64,000 nt of DNA from Longimicrobiales bacterium. Its GTDB lineage: Bacteria > Gemmatimonadota > Gemmatimonadetes > Longimicrobiales > Gaopeijiaceae. The stretch lies in assembly GCA_965202805.1 (NCBI GenBank), contig OZ241869.1, positions 1,760,001 to 1,824,000 on the forward strand, given 5' to 3'. The position numbers and the translations under genes were made by a program. Position 1 is the first letter of the stretch; each line of letters starts with the position of its first letter. This document shows positions 40,252 to 49,936 of this stretch, piece after piece. Below the pieces are notes generated by a model. The model ran no database searches. It saw only the letters and a program-made list of their open reading frames with translations, and was not told the DNA's origin.

Positions 40252-40938
40252 TCAGTACCCCACCCCGATCGCCTTGCACAGCCACCGCTGGAATGGTGCG
40301 GCGGCGCGGCACAGTCGGGTGAATTCGTCGAGGAATCCCTCGGACGCGACGTCCTCCTCGCTGAGATGCGCGACTCCGATGAAGTCCTTGCGCCGAAGAT
40401 CGACGATGAGAGGATGGTCGATGCTGAAGCCCCGGGGCGCCCGGATCAGGGAATCGCCCGACAGCTCGAACGACGCCCGAAAGCCTTCGTCCCGAGAGGC
40501 CTTCAGCCACGCATCCGGGTCTTCGTCGATGGCTTCGCGGATCTTCCGCAGCGCGGGGCCGCCGGGGCGCCAGCTGCCGCAGCCGACGAAGGCGCTGCCC
40601 GGCTCCAGGTGCAGATAGAAGCCGGGCGCGTGCGCGTCCCTTCCGGCCTCGTGGCGGAACTGGATGCCCGCGTAGGTCTTGTAGGGCCTCTTGTCCCTGG
40701 AGAAGCGCGTGTCCCGGTAGATGCGGAACAGAGAGCCGCCGTTGGCCCTGGGATCCGCGCGAAAGCGGGCGCTGATGCGCGCGAGGCGCGGGGCGAAATC
40801 CGAGATGAACCGGATCGCCGGCGCCTTCACATCTCCCTCGTAGCGAGGCTTGTTCAGCGCGAACCACTCGCGGTTGTTGTTTGCGGCGAGCTCGGTGAGG
40901 AATTCGAAGGTGGCCGGGGTGAAACGGGCGCGGTTCAT
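40252..40938 (-). CDS. DUF2461 / TIGR02453 family protein
   Basis: FLTELAANNNREWF, FRIYRDTRFSRDKRPYK, FYLHLEP. Confidence 0.9.
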   Translation of the reverse strand: MNRARFTPATFEFLTELAANNNREWFALNKPRYEGDVKAPAIRFISDFAPRLARISARFRADPRANGGSLFRIYRDTRFSRDKRPYKTYAGIQFRHEAGRDAHAPGFYLHLEPGSAFVGCGSWRPGGPALRKIREAIDEDPDAWLKASRDEGFRASFELSGDSLIRAPRGFSIDHPLIVDLRRKDFIGVAHLSEEDVASEGFLDEFTRLCRAAAPFQRWLCKAIGVGY

Positions 40939-41017
40939 GGGCGTGAAGGCGTTGGAGGGTGATCGATGCGGGCACCCAAGCTAACACCGCGGACCGGCGT
41001 GGCGGATCAGCGCACCG

Positions 41018-41902
41018 TCAGGCCCGTCCACCGGAGTGCGTGTCCCAGTAGGCGGCCATCCGTGCGATGAAGCGGCCGGGCTCCTCCGCGTAGACCAGCC
41101 CGCCGACCTCAAGGGCGCGCGCCTCCAGCTCGCGCGACCGGCCTTCCGCCGACGCCAGCACCGATTCACGTGCGCGGCCGCCTCCGGCGAGTCCGGGCGA
41201 TCTCGAAAGCAGGGCGCGCAGCTCGTGAAGATCATGATGATCCCCGAGCAGATCCCCGAGCCGCCGGGCCGTCGCGGCCGCCCCCGCCATGACATCGGGC
41301 CACAGGCGGACCAGCAGCTCCAGATGGTGACGGTGGTACTTGACGTCCTTTCGCCACTCATGCAGTTCGGTTGCGGACGTGCCCCGGAGCGCGCGCCGGA
41401 AGCGCCGTCGCCCCCTTCGGTAGGTCGCGCGCAGGCCGGACTCGACGACCTCGAACCCCTCGCCCGTCAACGGCCATTCCGAGACCCGCTCCCCGGCCTC
41501 CGCCAGATCCGCCACCAGCACCGCCAGCGCATCGGCGTCCCCGGACCGGAGCCCGCGTCGAGCTTCGTAGCGGGCCTCCAGTTCCCGGCGCAGGATGGCG
41601 TCCCGGGCGTCCGCCAGCCGGTCCAGCGTCTCCAGACTCGCCTGGGCCTCGCGCACCCGCGCGAGCTTGCGAGCGGCGTCCCGATACCAGCGGTTCTCCC
41701 GGCGGAAAGCCGACCTCGGTCGGAGCGCCGCGAGCCGAAGCAGCGCGCGAATGGCCTTGAAGCGCTTGCGCGCGTCGTGAACCCCCTTGAACCGCCCGTT
41801 GCGGGCTCCGTCGAGCGCCCTGACGGCCCGGTCGATCTCTTCCCGCGCGACGCGGCGGATTTCCCCGGAAACGTCGCGGTCCAGTCTGATCTCGAAGGCC
41901 AT
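41018..41902 (-). CDS. CHAD domain (polyphosphate-binding) protein
   Basis: VHDARKRFKAIRA, LHEWRKDVKYHR, LGDHHDL. Confidence 0.88.
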   Translation of the reverse strand: MAFEIRLDRDVSGEIRRVAREEIDRAVRALDGARNGRFKGVHDARKRFKAIRALLRLAALRPRSAFRRENRWYRDAARKLARVREAQASLETLDRLADARDAILRRELEARYEARRGLRSGDADALAVLVADLAEAGERVSEWPLTGEGFEVVESGLRATYRRGRRRFRRALRGTSATELHEWRKDVKYHRHHLELLVRLWPDVMAGAAATARRLGDLLGDHHDLHELRALLSRSPGLAGGGRARESVLASAEGRSRELEARALEVGGLVYAEEPGRFIARMAAYWDTHSGGRA

Positions 41903-42086
41903 GCGGATCCCGCCGTTCGTGCGCACTCCCCACGGAGGTGGAGAATGCGGACAGGAGCCCGGATCGGACAACCGGACCCGGCTCGAGAGGGCTCCGGTGA
42001 CACGCTTCCGGAACCCTGGCGCCAAATGCGGGAGGATGCCCGCTGGAACAGGCTCATGAGTCCGTCACAGGAGGGCTTCCCCGTCG

Positions 42087-42115
42087 TTGACACGCCATCC
42101 GGGGGTCGGCAGATT
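42087..42115 (+). promoter_or_regulatory. Possible sigma70 promoter
   Basis: TTGACA-17 nt-CAGATT upstream of the small membrane gene. Confidence 0.4.
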
Positions 42116-42184
42116 CGACATCAAGAACCCCGTCCGGCGCGTCTGGACGGCCCTGCCCGCGCATCCCTGCCGAGAGATCAGTCG

Positions 42185-42355
42185 ATGGCCGCTGCTCGTC
42201 ACAATCCCCTCGTTTTCTATGTCCTGCTGATCGCCACCTTCGTGATGTCCGCCGGGGTGATCTGGTTCGTCGTCAGTTCCAGCGCGGCATCCGTCGGCCT
42301 CGCTCTCGTGGGCGGGGCGATCGTATTCCTCACCGGCCGGAAGGTCTGCCAGTGA
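42185..42355 (+). CDS. Small two-TM hypothetical protein (56 aa)
   Basis: MAAARHNPLVFYVLLIATF...GRKVCQ; upstream promoter-like motif, downstream hairpin. Confidence 0.55.
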   Translation: MAAARHNPLVFYVLLIATFVMSAGVIWFVVSSSAASVGLALVGGAIVFLTGRKVCQ

Positions 42356-42460
42356 GGCTCGGCGTGCGCAGCTGAGCCAAACCCTCACGTTACGTCAGGC
42401 CGGGGCCGGCACTTCACGTGACCCGCTTCGGCTGCGTGCCGAATCCATCGCCGGAGGAAG

Positions 42461-43123
42461 ATGATGTCGCGACGGACTGGAATGGTGGTCGTGGTGGCCG
42501 TGTTGTTGCTGGGCGGATACTACCTGATGGCCGGTCGCCAGGGCGCCGTCCCGTCGTCGACTGACGGCGCTGCCGAGGCAGTGAACCAGGCGGCGAACCT
42601 GGGCCCCGCCGACGGCCGCGAGCTGCCCGGCCAGGACACCGGCCGGGTCATGGTCGGCAATCCGGCCCCCGACTTCTCGCTCCTCGCCTACTCGGGCGAG
42701 GTCATCACCCTCTCCGACTTCCGCGGCCAGAAGAACGTCGTCCTCGCCTTCTACCGCGGCCACTGGTGACCGTGGTGCGCCGGTCAGCTCGGGGAGCTGA
42801 GCGAAATGCTGGACGCCGACCAGCAGCTGGACGCGGAGATCCTCGCCATCTCCGTGGATGAACGCCCGGAGCAGCAGATGATGATCGACCGGGTCGCCGC
42901 CGAACAGGACCGCACCATCGACTACCACATCCTGGCCGACCCGGACCACGCCGTGATCGACCGCTACGGCCTCTTCAACGCCGACAGCCGGCGTCCGGTG
43001 CCCCACCCCGCCGTCTACGTCATCGACAGGGAGGGCGTGGTGCGCTGGAAGTTCATCGAGGTGGACTACCGCATCCGGCCCGGCAACGACGACGTGATGG
43101 CGGCCCTGGCGGCGATCGGCTGA
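42461..43123 (+). CDS. Peroxiredoxin-like (AhpC/TSA, redoxin) selenoprotein, Sec at TGA 42767
   Basis: ORFs 42461-42769 and 42806-43123 share a frame; read-through gives [42 protein letters not shown]-like hairpin follows. Confidence 0.88.
42778..42803 (+). promoter_or_regulatory. Bacterial SECIS-like hairpin
   Basis: TCAGCTC-GGG-GAGCTGA 7-bp stem with G loop starting 22 nt after the TGA; lower CGC/GCG pairing. Confidence 0.75.
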
Positions 43124-43190
43124 GGGATCACCGGGACCGGACTGTGTGTCGTAACACGCCGCTTCCGACGTAATATCCACAATAAATCAC

Positions 43191-43219
43191 TGTTCACGTC
43201 ATATCTGACGTCGTGGACA
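43191..43219. promoter_or_regulatory. Inverted repeat, likely hipBA operator
   Basis: ACGTCA-TATC-TGACGT within TGTTCACG...CGTGGACA, upstream of the HTH gene. Confidence 0.5.
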
Positions 43220-43268
43220 ACGTCATGCCCTTGACCTATCTTCGATGTGTTGAAGGGAGGTCAGGATT

Positions 43269-43583
43269 ATGGCTACGATCGTTGCCACGAGCCGCACGCC
43301 CGACGTGCTCCGCGAGATGGGAGCGCGCCTGAAGGCGCTCCGGCTCCAACAGAACCTGCGGGTCCAGGACCTCGCCGCCGACTCGGGGGTGAGCCCGCGC
43401 ACAATCGACCGCGTCGAGGCCGGACACAGCATCGGCACGGACAACCTGGTGCGGGTCATGCGCGGACTGGGTCGTCTCCAGGCCTTCGAGGCGTTTGTTC
43501 CGGTGCCCGAAGTGTCCCCGTACGAGATCGCGAGACTCAGAGGAAAGGTGCGTCAACGAGCTTCGAGGCGGGCCCGTGACTGA
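43269..43583 (+). CDS. XRE-family HTH protein, HipB-like antitoxin
   Basis: GARLKALRLQQNL..DLA..SGVS.RTI.RVE.G; overlaps the hipA start. Confidence 0.82.
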   Translation: MATIVATSRTPDVLREMGARLKALRLQQNLRVQDLAADSGVSPRTIDRVEAGHSIGTDNLVRVMRGLGRLQAFEAFVPVPEVSPYEIARLRGKVRQRASRRARD

Positions 43584-44865
43584 CTACGCGTTGGTGCGGG
43601 TGCGACTCTGGGGGCGCGATATCGGTATTCTGGGAGAGTCTTCGACGGGGCGCGTGACCTTCGAGTACGATCCGGCCTTTCGTCGATCCGGGCTCGATAT
43701 TTCGCCGCTCCATCTTCCTGTTCGACGACGCGGTCCCGTCTCGTTTCCGGAGCTTGTCCGAAAGCCCGCTTTCCTCGGCCTGCCAGGCGTGTTCGCCGAC
43801 GCTCTGCCGGACCGATTCGGCAACGCCATCATCCGCCGGTATTTCGCGGAACGCGGGCGCTCGGGCGACGACATGTCCCCGCTCCAGCGACTCCTCTACA
43901 TCGGAGCCCGGTCGATGGGAGCCCTTGAATTCCATCCTGCGCTCGATCCGGGGGAGAGCACCGAGGAAGCCATCGAGCTGCGCACCCTGGTCGATCAGGC
44001 GCGGCGCGTCATCGAAGGAGACGTGTCGGTGGCCGTTCCCGAGATCATGCAGATCGGGGGCAGCGCGGGCGGTGCCCGTCCGAAGGCTCTCGTTCTCTGG
44101 AATCGGTCGACCAACCAGATCCGCTCGGGATTCGCTCGTCGCGAACCCGGCGAAGAGCCGTGGCTCATCAAGTTCGATGGGGTAACGCGAGATTCAGCGG
44201 GACAGGGCATGCGCAGCGAAAGGCAGCCCGGCCCCTGGGGACGCATCGAATACGCATACTCGTGCATGGCGAGAAACGCCGGCATCCGCATGGCCGAGAC
44301 TCACCTTCTGCGCGATGGCAACCTCGCTCACTTCATGACCCGTCGCTTCGATCGAGTGGCCGGAGAGGCCGGCGAGTCCAAGCTCCACTTCCACAGCCTG
44401 GGCGGACTTCAGCACATCGACTTCAACGATCAGTATGTGTTCAGCTACGAGGGCTACCTCGATTCCATCCGCGCCCTCGGTCTGGGGCAGCGATCGGTGA
44501 ACGAAGCCTATCGGCGAATGGCCTTCAACGTGGCGACCGTCAACTTCGACGACCACGTGAAGAACTTCGGGTTCCTGATGGAGCCCGGAGGTCGCTGGCG
44601 GCTGGCCCCGGCCTATGACGTGACCTACGCCGAAAACGAGGCGTGGACGCGGCAACATCAGATGTCCGTCAACGCGAAGTTCCGCGGCATCACGCGGAGC
44701 GACCTGCAGCAGGTGGGGAGGAACTACGACTTGCCGGACGACGGCGGCACGATCATCGACGAAGTTGTCGATTCACTGGGCCGCTGGCAGGAATATGCGT
44801 CAGCCGCCGGGGTGCCCGACAGCATGGTGGAACACCTGGAGCGCAGGTTCGAGCGGTTCCGATAG
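43576..44865 (+). CDS. hipA: HipA-family Ser/Thr kinase toxin
   Basis: DALPDRFG, SAGGARPK, WLIKFD, RRFDR, NFDDHVKNF, LAPAYD; GTG start. Confidence 0.9.
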   Translation: MTDYALVRVRLWGRDIGILGESSTGRVTFEYDPAFRRSGLDISPLHLPVRRRGPVSFPELVRKPAFLGLPGVFADALPDRFGNAIIRRYFAERGRSGDDMSPLQRLLYIGARSMGALEFHPALDPGESTEEAIELRTLVDQARRVIEGDVSVAVPEIMQIGGSAGGARPKALVLWNRSTNQIRSGFARREPGEEPWLIKFDGVTRDSAGQGMRSERQPGPWGRIEYAYSCMARNAGIRMAETHLLRDGNLAHFMTRRFDRVAGEAGESKLHFHSLGGLQHIDFNDQYVFSYEGYLDSIRALGLGQRSVNEAYRRMAFNVATVNFDDHVKNFGFLMEPGGRWRLAPAYDVTYAENEAWTRQHQMSVNAKFRGITRSDLQQVGRNYDLPDDGGTIIDEVVDSLGRWQEYASAAGVPDSMVEHLERRFERFR

Positions 44866-44947
44866 GCTCTGGCATTCGTCCACAACCACCGAGGGCATGC
44901 TCGCTGCCCTGGCGGAGATCGGCTGAATCCCGGCAGCCCGCGGACGG

Positions 44948-47338
44948 CTAATCCTCCCCGAGCAGCTCCCGCATCTCCTCTTCCGTGAGCCCGATGCTGT
45001 CGAAGTCGATGTCCTGGTGGGGATCTTCGGCGCCGGGCGGAGGAGGGGGGGCGGCTCCGGGTGCGGCTGCGCCTGATGTCACGCCGGGTACCGTTACTCG
45101 GGGTGTGGTGCCGGATGTGGGCGCTCCGGGTGCGGCCTGAGGCGCCCTGGCCCCGGGCGTAGCCGGAACTTCCACGGCGACGTCTTCGGCTTTCTTCGAC
45201 TTCGTGCGCCGTTTGAGCGGACGCTGCGAGATGGGCCTTCCCCACCACGAACCCAGCACTTCCGCCAGCTCCACAGTGTCCCGGCTGCGGAAAAAGTAGC
45301 TGCGTCCCTTGACCGGGCGGAGGTGGATGCCGGGGCGGATCAGCCCGAACGCGAGCGGAGGGCTTCGCAGGACTGCGCGGCTGAGCCAGGCGCGGGAGCC
45401 GCGCTCCATCGCGATCTCCTCGATGTCGTCGGCCTTGAGGATGCGCGAGCGCCAGGCGCGCGACTTGACGCGGATGTGATCCTCGAAGAGGAGCAGCTTG
45501 CGTGGAGGCCACGCCGCGAGGACCGCCACGCCGGCGAGCAGAACGACGAGGATACCGCCGATGCCGGCGTGCTGAACGACATAGTCGTCGACGGGCGTAA
45601 TCCAGCGGTCCATCCCCCACCCGATGCCCACGGCGGCGATGCGCCCCAGAGCGAGCGCGAGCGCCACAATTCCGAGGGCATACGCCGTCCGCAGGAGGAC
45701 GGGCAGCCGGAAATGCGCGACGTAGCGGATCGCCTTCATCTCGACCGGCCGGGTCAGCGCCAACGCGACCACCTTCAGCGTGATCCAGACCAGCACGGCA
45801 ACCGCCAGCACCGCCATCCCCTGGCTCAGGGGCTGCGTGCGCGTCACCGACAGAACCTGCCGGGGCTCGTCGAATGTGCGGGCCGCGAAGGACGCGACCT
45901 GGCTCTGGGTCAGGTTCTCGAAGAAGGAGAGGATGTCCGGGAAGTCCGTGAAGGTGGCCGGATCGTAGAAGAGCTGCCGGGTCCAGGCGTTGAGGGACTC
46001 CGCGGTCTGGTTGGCGCCGCGAAGACGCTCGATCACCGCGGCGCGATCCGTTTCGAACTCGGCGGTGGCAAGCGAGCCCGACTGCAGGTATTCGATCTCT
46101 TCGGCGATGATCGCCGTGGCGAAGTCATAGTCGTCTTCGTCGATCCGGCTGCTCACCTGCAGGTACGCCGCCGGACCGCGCATCACCAGGCTCGCGCTCG
46201 CGCCGTACACGGCCTTGCGTTCCCCGTAGCGCAGTCGCTGGTTGAGCCTGCGGTTCAGGAGGTCGCGGACGAACAGCGCCGTCAGCAGCTCGTCGGAGTT
46301 CGCATAGAAGAGCTTGTGGCGGGACTGGTACTGCGTCGTGGACTGGAAGCCCCAGCGGTAGGTGGACCTTCCCCGCCCCGGGTCCTCGGCCGTGGTCGCC
46401 CAACGTTCGACCGGACGGGCGGGGAACGAGCCGAAGGTGCGCTGGGCGCGGTCGAGCGCCTCGTCCCGGTCGAGGTCGCCGACGATCGTGACGGTCATGA
46501 CCGCGGGCGAGTAGTACCGGTCGTAGAAGCCGCGCAGATCGTCCGGGGTGATGCCCTGCAGGCTCCGCCACATGTCCGGGAAGGGGGCACGCAGCCGCTC
46601 GATGCCGAACTCGCGCTCCCAGAAGTCGGGGGGCGCGAGCCACCCCGGGTTGAGCGCGGCCACGAGGTGGTCGAAGAACTCGCGCGGCCGGGCGCGGATC
46701 TCGTTCTCGACCGGCTGCCGCCCGCGGTCCACCACGGCCGGATCCATCTCGTGGGGCGACAGGATGCCGGCCAGCCACTCGATCGCAAACAGGCCGTGCT
46801 CCCGGCCGATCGTCACGTAGTACCAGGTGCGGTCGCGATAGGTGAAGCCGTTGCGCCGCCCGCCGATCCCCTCCACGGCCTCCTTGATCTCCTGCTCGGT
46901 GCGGCCGTCGTGGTCGGAGAAGAGCATGTGCTCGGTGAAGTGGGCGAGCTGCTCCTTGCCGGCCGGATCGGCGTCGGAGCCCACGGGCACGCCCGCGCTC
47001 ACCGAGACGTTGGGCGCGCCGGCGAGGTGTTTGAACCAGACCTTGACGCCGTTGGAGAGGAAGTGGGTCTCGAACCCGGCGAAAGGGTTGGAGGGGGCCG
47101 TCTCCCGGGCCGCGACACCGTTCGTGTCCACTGTGGATGCATCCGCGCGCGGCGGGCCGGTCTCACCTGTCTCCTGTCCCCGGGCACGCTCGGCGACGAG
47201 CGGCGACGCTGCGAGCAGGATGGCAACGAGTGCGGCGGGCCGGACGAGCGCGAGCATCGCTGACCGTGCCGATCCGGTTTCCGGTGATCGCCGGGGCGGC
47301 TTCCTCGCCCGCGCCCTTCCGCCGTGCGTACGCGCCAT
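44948..47338 (-). CDS. M16 (insulinase) zinc peptidase with C-terminal membrane region
   Basis: LSNGVKV, AHFTEHMLF (HxxEH), NGFT, FYDRYYSP; three TM segments and a Pro/Ala-rich tail; may start at 47257. Confidence 0.85.
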   Translation of the reverse strand: MARTHGGRARARKPPRRSPETGSARSAMLALVRPAALVAILLAASPLVAERARGQETGETGPPRADASTVDTNGVAARETAPSNPFAGFETHFLSNGVKVWFKHLAGAPNVSVSAGVPVGSDADPAGKEQLAHFTEHMLFSDHDGRTEQEIKEAVEGIGGRRNGFTYRDRTWYYVTIGREHGLFAIEWLAGILSPHEMDPAVVDRGRQPVENEIRARPREFFDHLVAALNPGWLAPPDFWEREFGIERLRAPFPDMWRSLQGITPDDLRGFYDRYYSPAVMTVTIVGDLDRDEALDRAQRTFGSFPARPVERWATTAEDPGRGRSTYRWGFQSTTQYQSRHKLFYANSDELLTALFVRDLLNRRLNQRLRYGERKAVYGASASLVMRGPAAYLQVSSRIDEDDYDFATAIIAEEIEYLQSGSLATAEFETDRAAVIERLRGANQTAESLNAWTRQLFYDPATFTDFPDILSFFENLTQSQVASFAARTFDEPRQVLSVTRTQPLSQGMAVLAVAVLVWITLKVVALALTRPVEMKAIRYVAHFRLPVLLRTAYALGIVALALALGRIAAVGIGWGMDRWITPVDDYVVQHAGIGGILVVLLAGVAVLAAWPPRKLLLFEDHIRVKSRAWRSRILKADDIEEIAMERGSRAWLSRAVLRSPPLAFGLIRPGIHLRPVKGRSYFFRSRDTVELAEVLGSWWGRPISQRPLKRRTKSKKAEDVAVEVPATPGARAPQAAPGAPTSGTTPRVTVPGVTSGAAAPGAAPPPPPGAEDPHQDIDFDSIGLTEEEMRELLGED

Positions 47339-47350
47339 CCCGGTCCGAAA

Positions 47351-48226
47351 TCAGCTCGCGAGCGTGCGCTCGAGGTAGGCCTTGAGCCGCTCCCAGGCGT
47401 CCTGAGCGGGGGCGGTGCGCAACTCGGGATCGTCGTCAACGCGCAGCCAGAAGCCGTGGTTGACCGCGTCGTAGATGTGGACGTCGTTCTCGATGCCCTG
47501 GGCGCGCAGCGCGTCGACGAACTGGTTTACCTGCTCGGGCGGGATGCCGCCGTCCATCTCGGCGAAGGTCCCGTACACCTCGTGGTCGATCCCCGCCAGC
47601 ACCGCCGGGTCGGTCACCAGCCGTCCGTAGAAGATCGCGGTGGCGTCGTGATGCTCGCCCCCCAGCGCGTAGCTGAGCGCGATGCCGCCGCCGAAGCACC
47701 ACCCCATGGTGCCGATCGCCCCGGTCACGTCATCGCGCGCGCGCAGAAAGTTCACCGCCTCGTTCAGGTTTCCGATGATCGCGTCCGGTTCGGCGTTCGC
47801 TTCCGCCATGAGCGCCCGGTTCTCGTCCGGATTCGATCCGGTGCGGCCCTGGAACAGGTCTGCCGCCAGCGCTACGTACCCTTCATCGGCCATGGCGTCC
47901 GCGACCTGCCGCACCCGGTCGACAAGCCCATTCCATTCGTGGATCAGCACAAGTGCCGGAAAGGGGCCTTCCCCTTCGGGCACCGCCAGGTATCCGCGGG
48001 TGGCGTCGTCCCCGGCGAGATATTGGATGTCCTGCCCGCGCGGCGCGGGCGCGGTGCCGAGGATCGCGGCCGGGAGCCCATCATCCGCGGAGCCCATTTC
48101 GATGCGGACTTCCATGCCGCCGGACCCACCGGACTCCTCGCCCCCCTCGGAGGCGGGAGCACAGGCCAGGAGCGGCACGAGGAGACTGGTTCCGAGGATG
48201 CGCGAGAGCTGGGACGTGGATATCAT
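47351..48226 (-). CDS. Dienelactone hydrolase family lipoprotein
   Basis: IHEWNGL, GWCFGG nucleophile motif, HGF; lipobox LLAC. Confidence 0.88.
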   Translation of the reverse strand: MISTSQLSRILGTSLLVPLLACAPASEGGEESGGSGGMEVRIEMGSADDGLPAAILGTAPAPRGQDIQYLAGDDATRGYLAVPEGEGPFPALVLIHEWNGLVDRVRQVADAMADEGYVALAADLFQGRTGSNPDENRALMAEANAEPDAIIGNLNEAVNFLRARDDVTGAIGTMGWCFGGGIALSYALGGEHHDATAIFYGRLVTDPAVLAGIDHEVYGTFAEMDGGIPPEQVNQFVDALRAQGIENDVHIYDAVNHGFWLRVDDDPELRTAPAQDAWERLKAYLERTLAS

Positions 48227-48394
48227 TTTTCCTCCCTGTGCCTGCGGCTTCTGATGGCCGAGAGCCGAATCAGAGCCGGAGTCGGGCCCATTGCCCGTGT
48301 TCTACGGAGGACTGTCGCCGCAGGCTTCACCCCTGCGAGTTCCTCCGGTTCTCCCAGGTCCGGATCGACACCCGCCCCCGCCGCGGCAGCGGCT

Positions 48395-49060
48395 CTATCG
48401 GGGGCCGGCGCGTTCTCCCCGGTACTCGATATGCAGCCTTGGCGTTCGTTCGTTGACCCGGATCCACATGCGTACTTCGTCATACGGGGGATCCGGGTTC
48501 CCGAACCCCATGCGCCATTCCTCGCGGTGATAGTTGTAGACGAAATACTCGCAGTCGGACTCGTAGACGGGCCGATGGGCGTTCCGGCGCGATGGCAGTT
48601 CGCCCTGGCGTTCGAGGTCGGGGTAGGTGCGCTGGATGTCGCGGGCCATCAGGTCCCAGATGGTCTGGCAGCTCTCCAGAGGCATCACCATCACGTAGGC
48701 TCCCTCGACCAGTTCACCGGTATCGGGATGAAAGTAGTAGCCGGCGAGGGCCGGCCGGCCCAGAAGCCGGACTTCAGTCGAGTAGATGCGCAGCCCTTCC
48801 CGTTCGCCCACCTGCTCGTTGCCGGCCAGCTCGGGGATATCCTCTACGCGGCTGCCCCACGTGTGTCCGCGAAAGCCGTCAACGATGGATTCCTGGGCGG
48901 CGGCGGGAGTCGCCTGACCCGTGAGTAACCCGGCAAATGCGACGCACAGCAGCCGCCACGAGCGTGTGCAGTGGACGACGGAGCGGCGATGACCGCGGGG
49001 GCGCAGGCCTTCCGCGCGCCGTCCGGAGGCCTCGCGCGCGCGTTCGATCATGTTCGGCAT
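48395..49060 (-). CDS. Hypothetical secreted protein
   Basis: Signal-like segment ending AAAQ, then GFRGHTWG; fills the gap between same-strand genes. Confidence 0.55.
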   Translation of the reverse strand: MPNMIERAREASGRRAEGLRPRGHRRSVVHCTRSWRLLCVAFAGLLTGQATPAAAQESIVDGFRGHTWGSRVEDIPELAGNEQVGEREGLRIYSTEVRLLGRPALAGYYFHPDTGELVEGAYVMVMPLESCQTIWDLMARDIQRTYPDLERQGELPSRRNAHRPVYESDCEYFVYNYHREEWRMGFGNPDPPYDEVRMWIRVNERTPRLHIEYRGERAGPR

Positions 49061-49183
49061 GTCCCCAAGCTAGCGCCTCGGCCGATGAGGAGCGACTTCG
49101 CGTGCCTGCGGGATCGTTGCCAACCTGAAGCGGCACCAGGCAATCCCGAATTGCGTCGCGGGGGGGCCTGCGGTCCTTGCGCG

Positions 49184-49936
49184 TCAGTCCGCGTAGTCCT
49201 GGCCCTCGGCGTCCAGCACTTCCTTCATGCCCTCGAGATAGCCCGCTTCGCCCCAGGACTCGATGGACAGTTCGGCGTTTTGCTTCGCGGCCGCGGTTGG
49301 AATCGGCCGGATCTTCCCGCCCGCATGAAGCACAAGCAGTTCGTTCATGCAGGCCCGCTCCAGCTGATAGAGCCAGAGCATGGCCTTCTCGATGGTGTCG
49401 CCGACCACGAGCACTCCGTGGTTCGCGAGAAAAAGCACCCGTTTGTCGCCGAGGGCCTCGGCCATGCGCTCGCCTTCGTCGGACTCGGTGACGAGCCCAT
49501 CGTACCCGAAGTAGGCGCAGTTCCCGTAGAACACGGCCGCGTTCTGGCTTCCGCGCTCATCGAACCTCCATCCGTCGATGGAGGCAAGCGCGGTGCTGTA
49601 TGGGCCGTGGACGTGCAGCGCGCACACGATGTCGGGCCGCGCGCGCTGGATGGGAGCGTGGATGGCCCACGCGCTCACATTGAGCCTCCCTTCCCTGCCG
49701 AACGGTTTCCCGTCCGGCCCGACCTCGACGAGGCTGCTCGCCGTCACGCGCGAGAAATGCGTCTGCCCCGGCGTGATGAGCAGGTGCCCGGGTCGGCCCG
49801 GCACCTTGCAACTGAAGTGGTTCCAGGTGCCCTCGTGCATGTTCTCGTGCACCACGATCCGGTGCACTGCGGCGAAGTCGACGCGGCATGGCCTCGACAA
49901 GCAGGTGTCGCGTGCGACAGGGTCCGTGCCGTCCAT
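49184..49936 (-). CDS. Class II aldolase/adducin family protein
   Basis: WNHFS, IHAPI..RPD..CALHVH, LANHG; TGATG coupling to the upstream gene. Confidence 0.88.
   Translation of the reverse strand: MDGTDPVARDTCLSRPCRVDFAAVHRIVVHENMHEGTWNHFSCKVPGRPGHLLITPGQTHFSRVTASSLVEVGPDGKPFGREGRLNVSAWAIHAPIQRARPDIVCALHVHGPYSTALASIDGWRFDERGSQNAAVFYGNCAYFGYDGLVTESDEGERMAEALGDKRVLFLANHGVLVVGDTIEKAMLWLYQLERACMNELLVLHAGGKIRPIPTAAAKQNAELSIESWGEAGYLEGMKEVLDAEGQDYAD

Noticed and set aside
42353..42378. TGA plus hairpin after the 56-aa gene as a second Sec codon
   Set aside because: The hairpin starts immediately at the stop, the read-through has no recognisable redox motif, and a terminator-like role is simpler.
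42461..43123. Peroxiredoxin-like gene as a nonsense pseudogene
   Set aside because: The stop is TGA exactly at the catalytic Cys position with a SECIS-like hairpin, and the rest of the gene shows no decay.
48223..48483. 86-aa ORF between the hypothetical gene and the dienelactone hydrolase
   Set aside because: Overlaps the upstream gene in another frame and has no motif or clear RBS; a frameshifted tail cannot be excluded but is unsupported.
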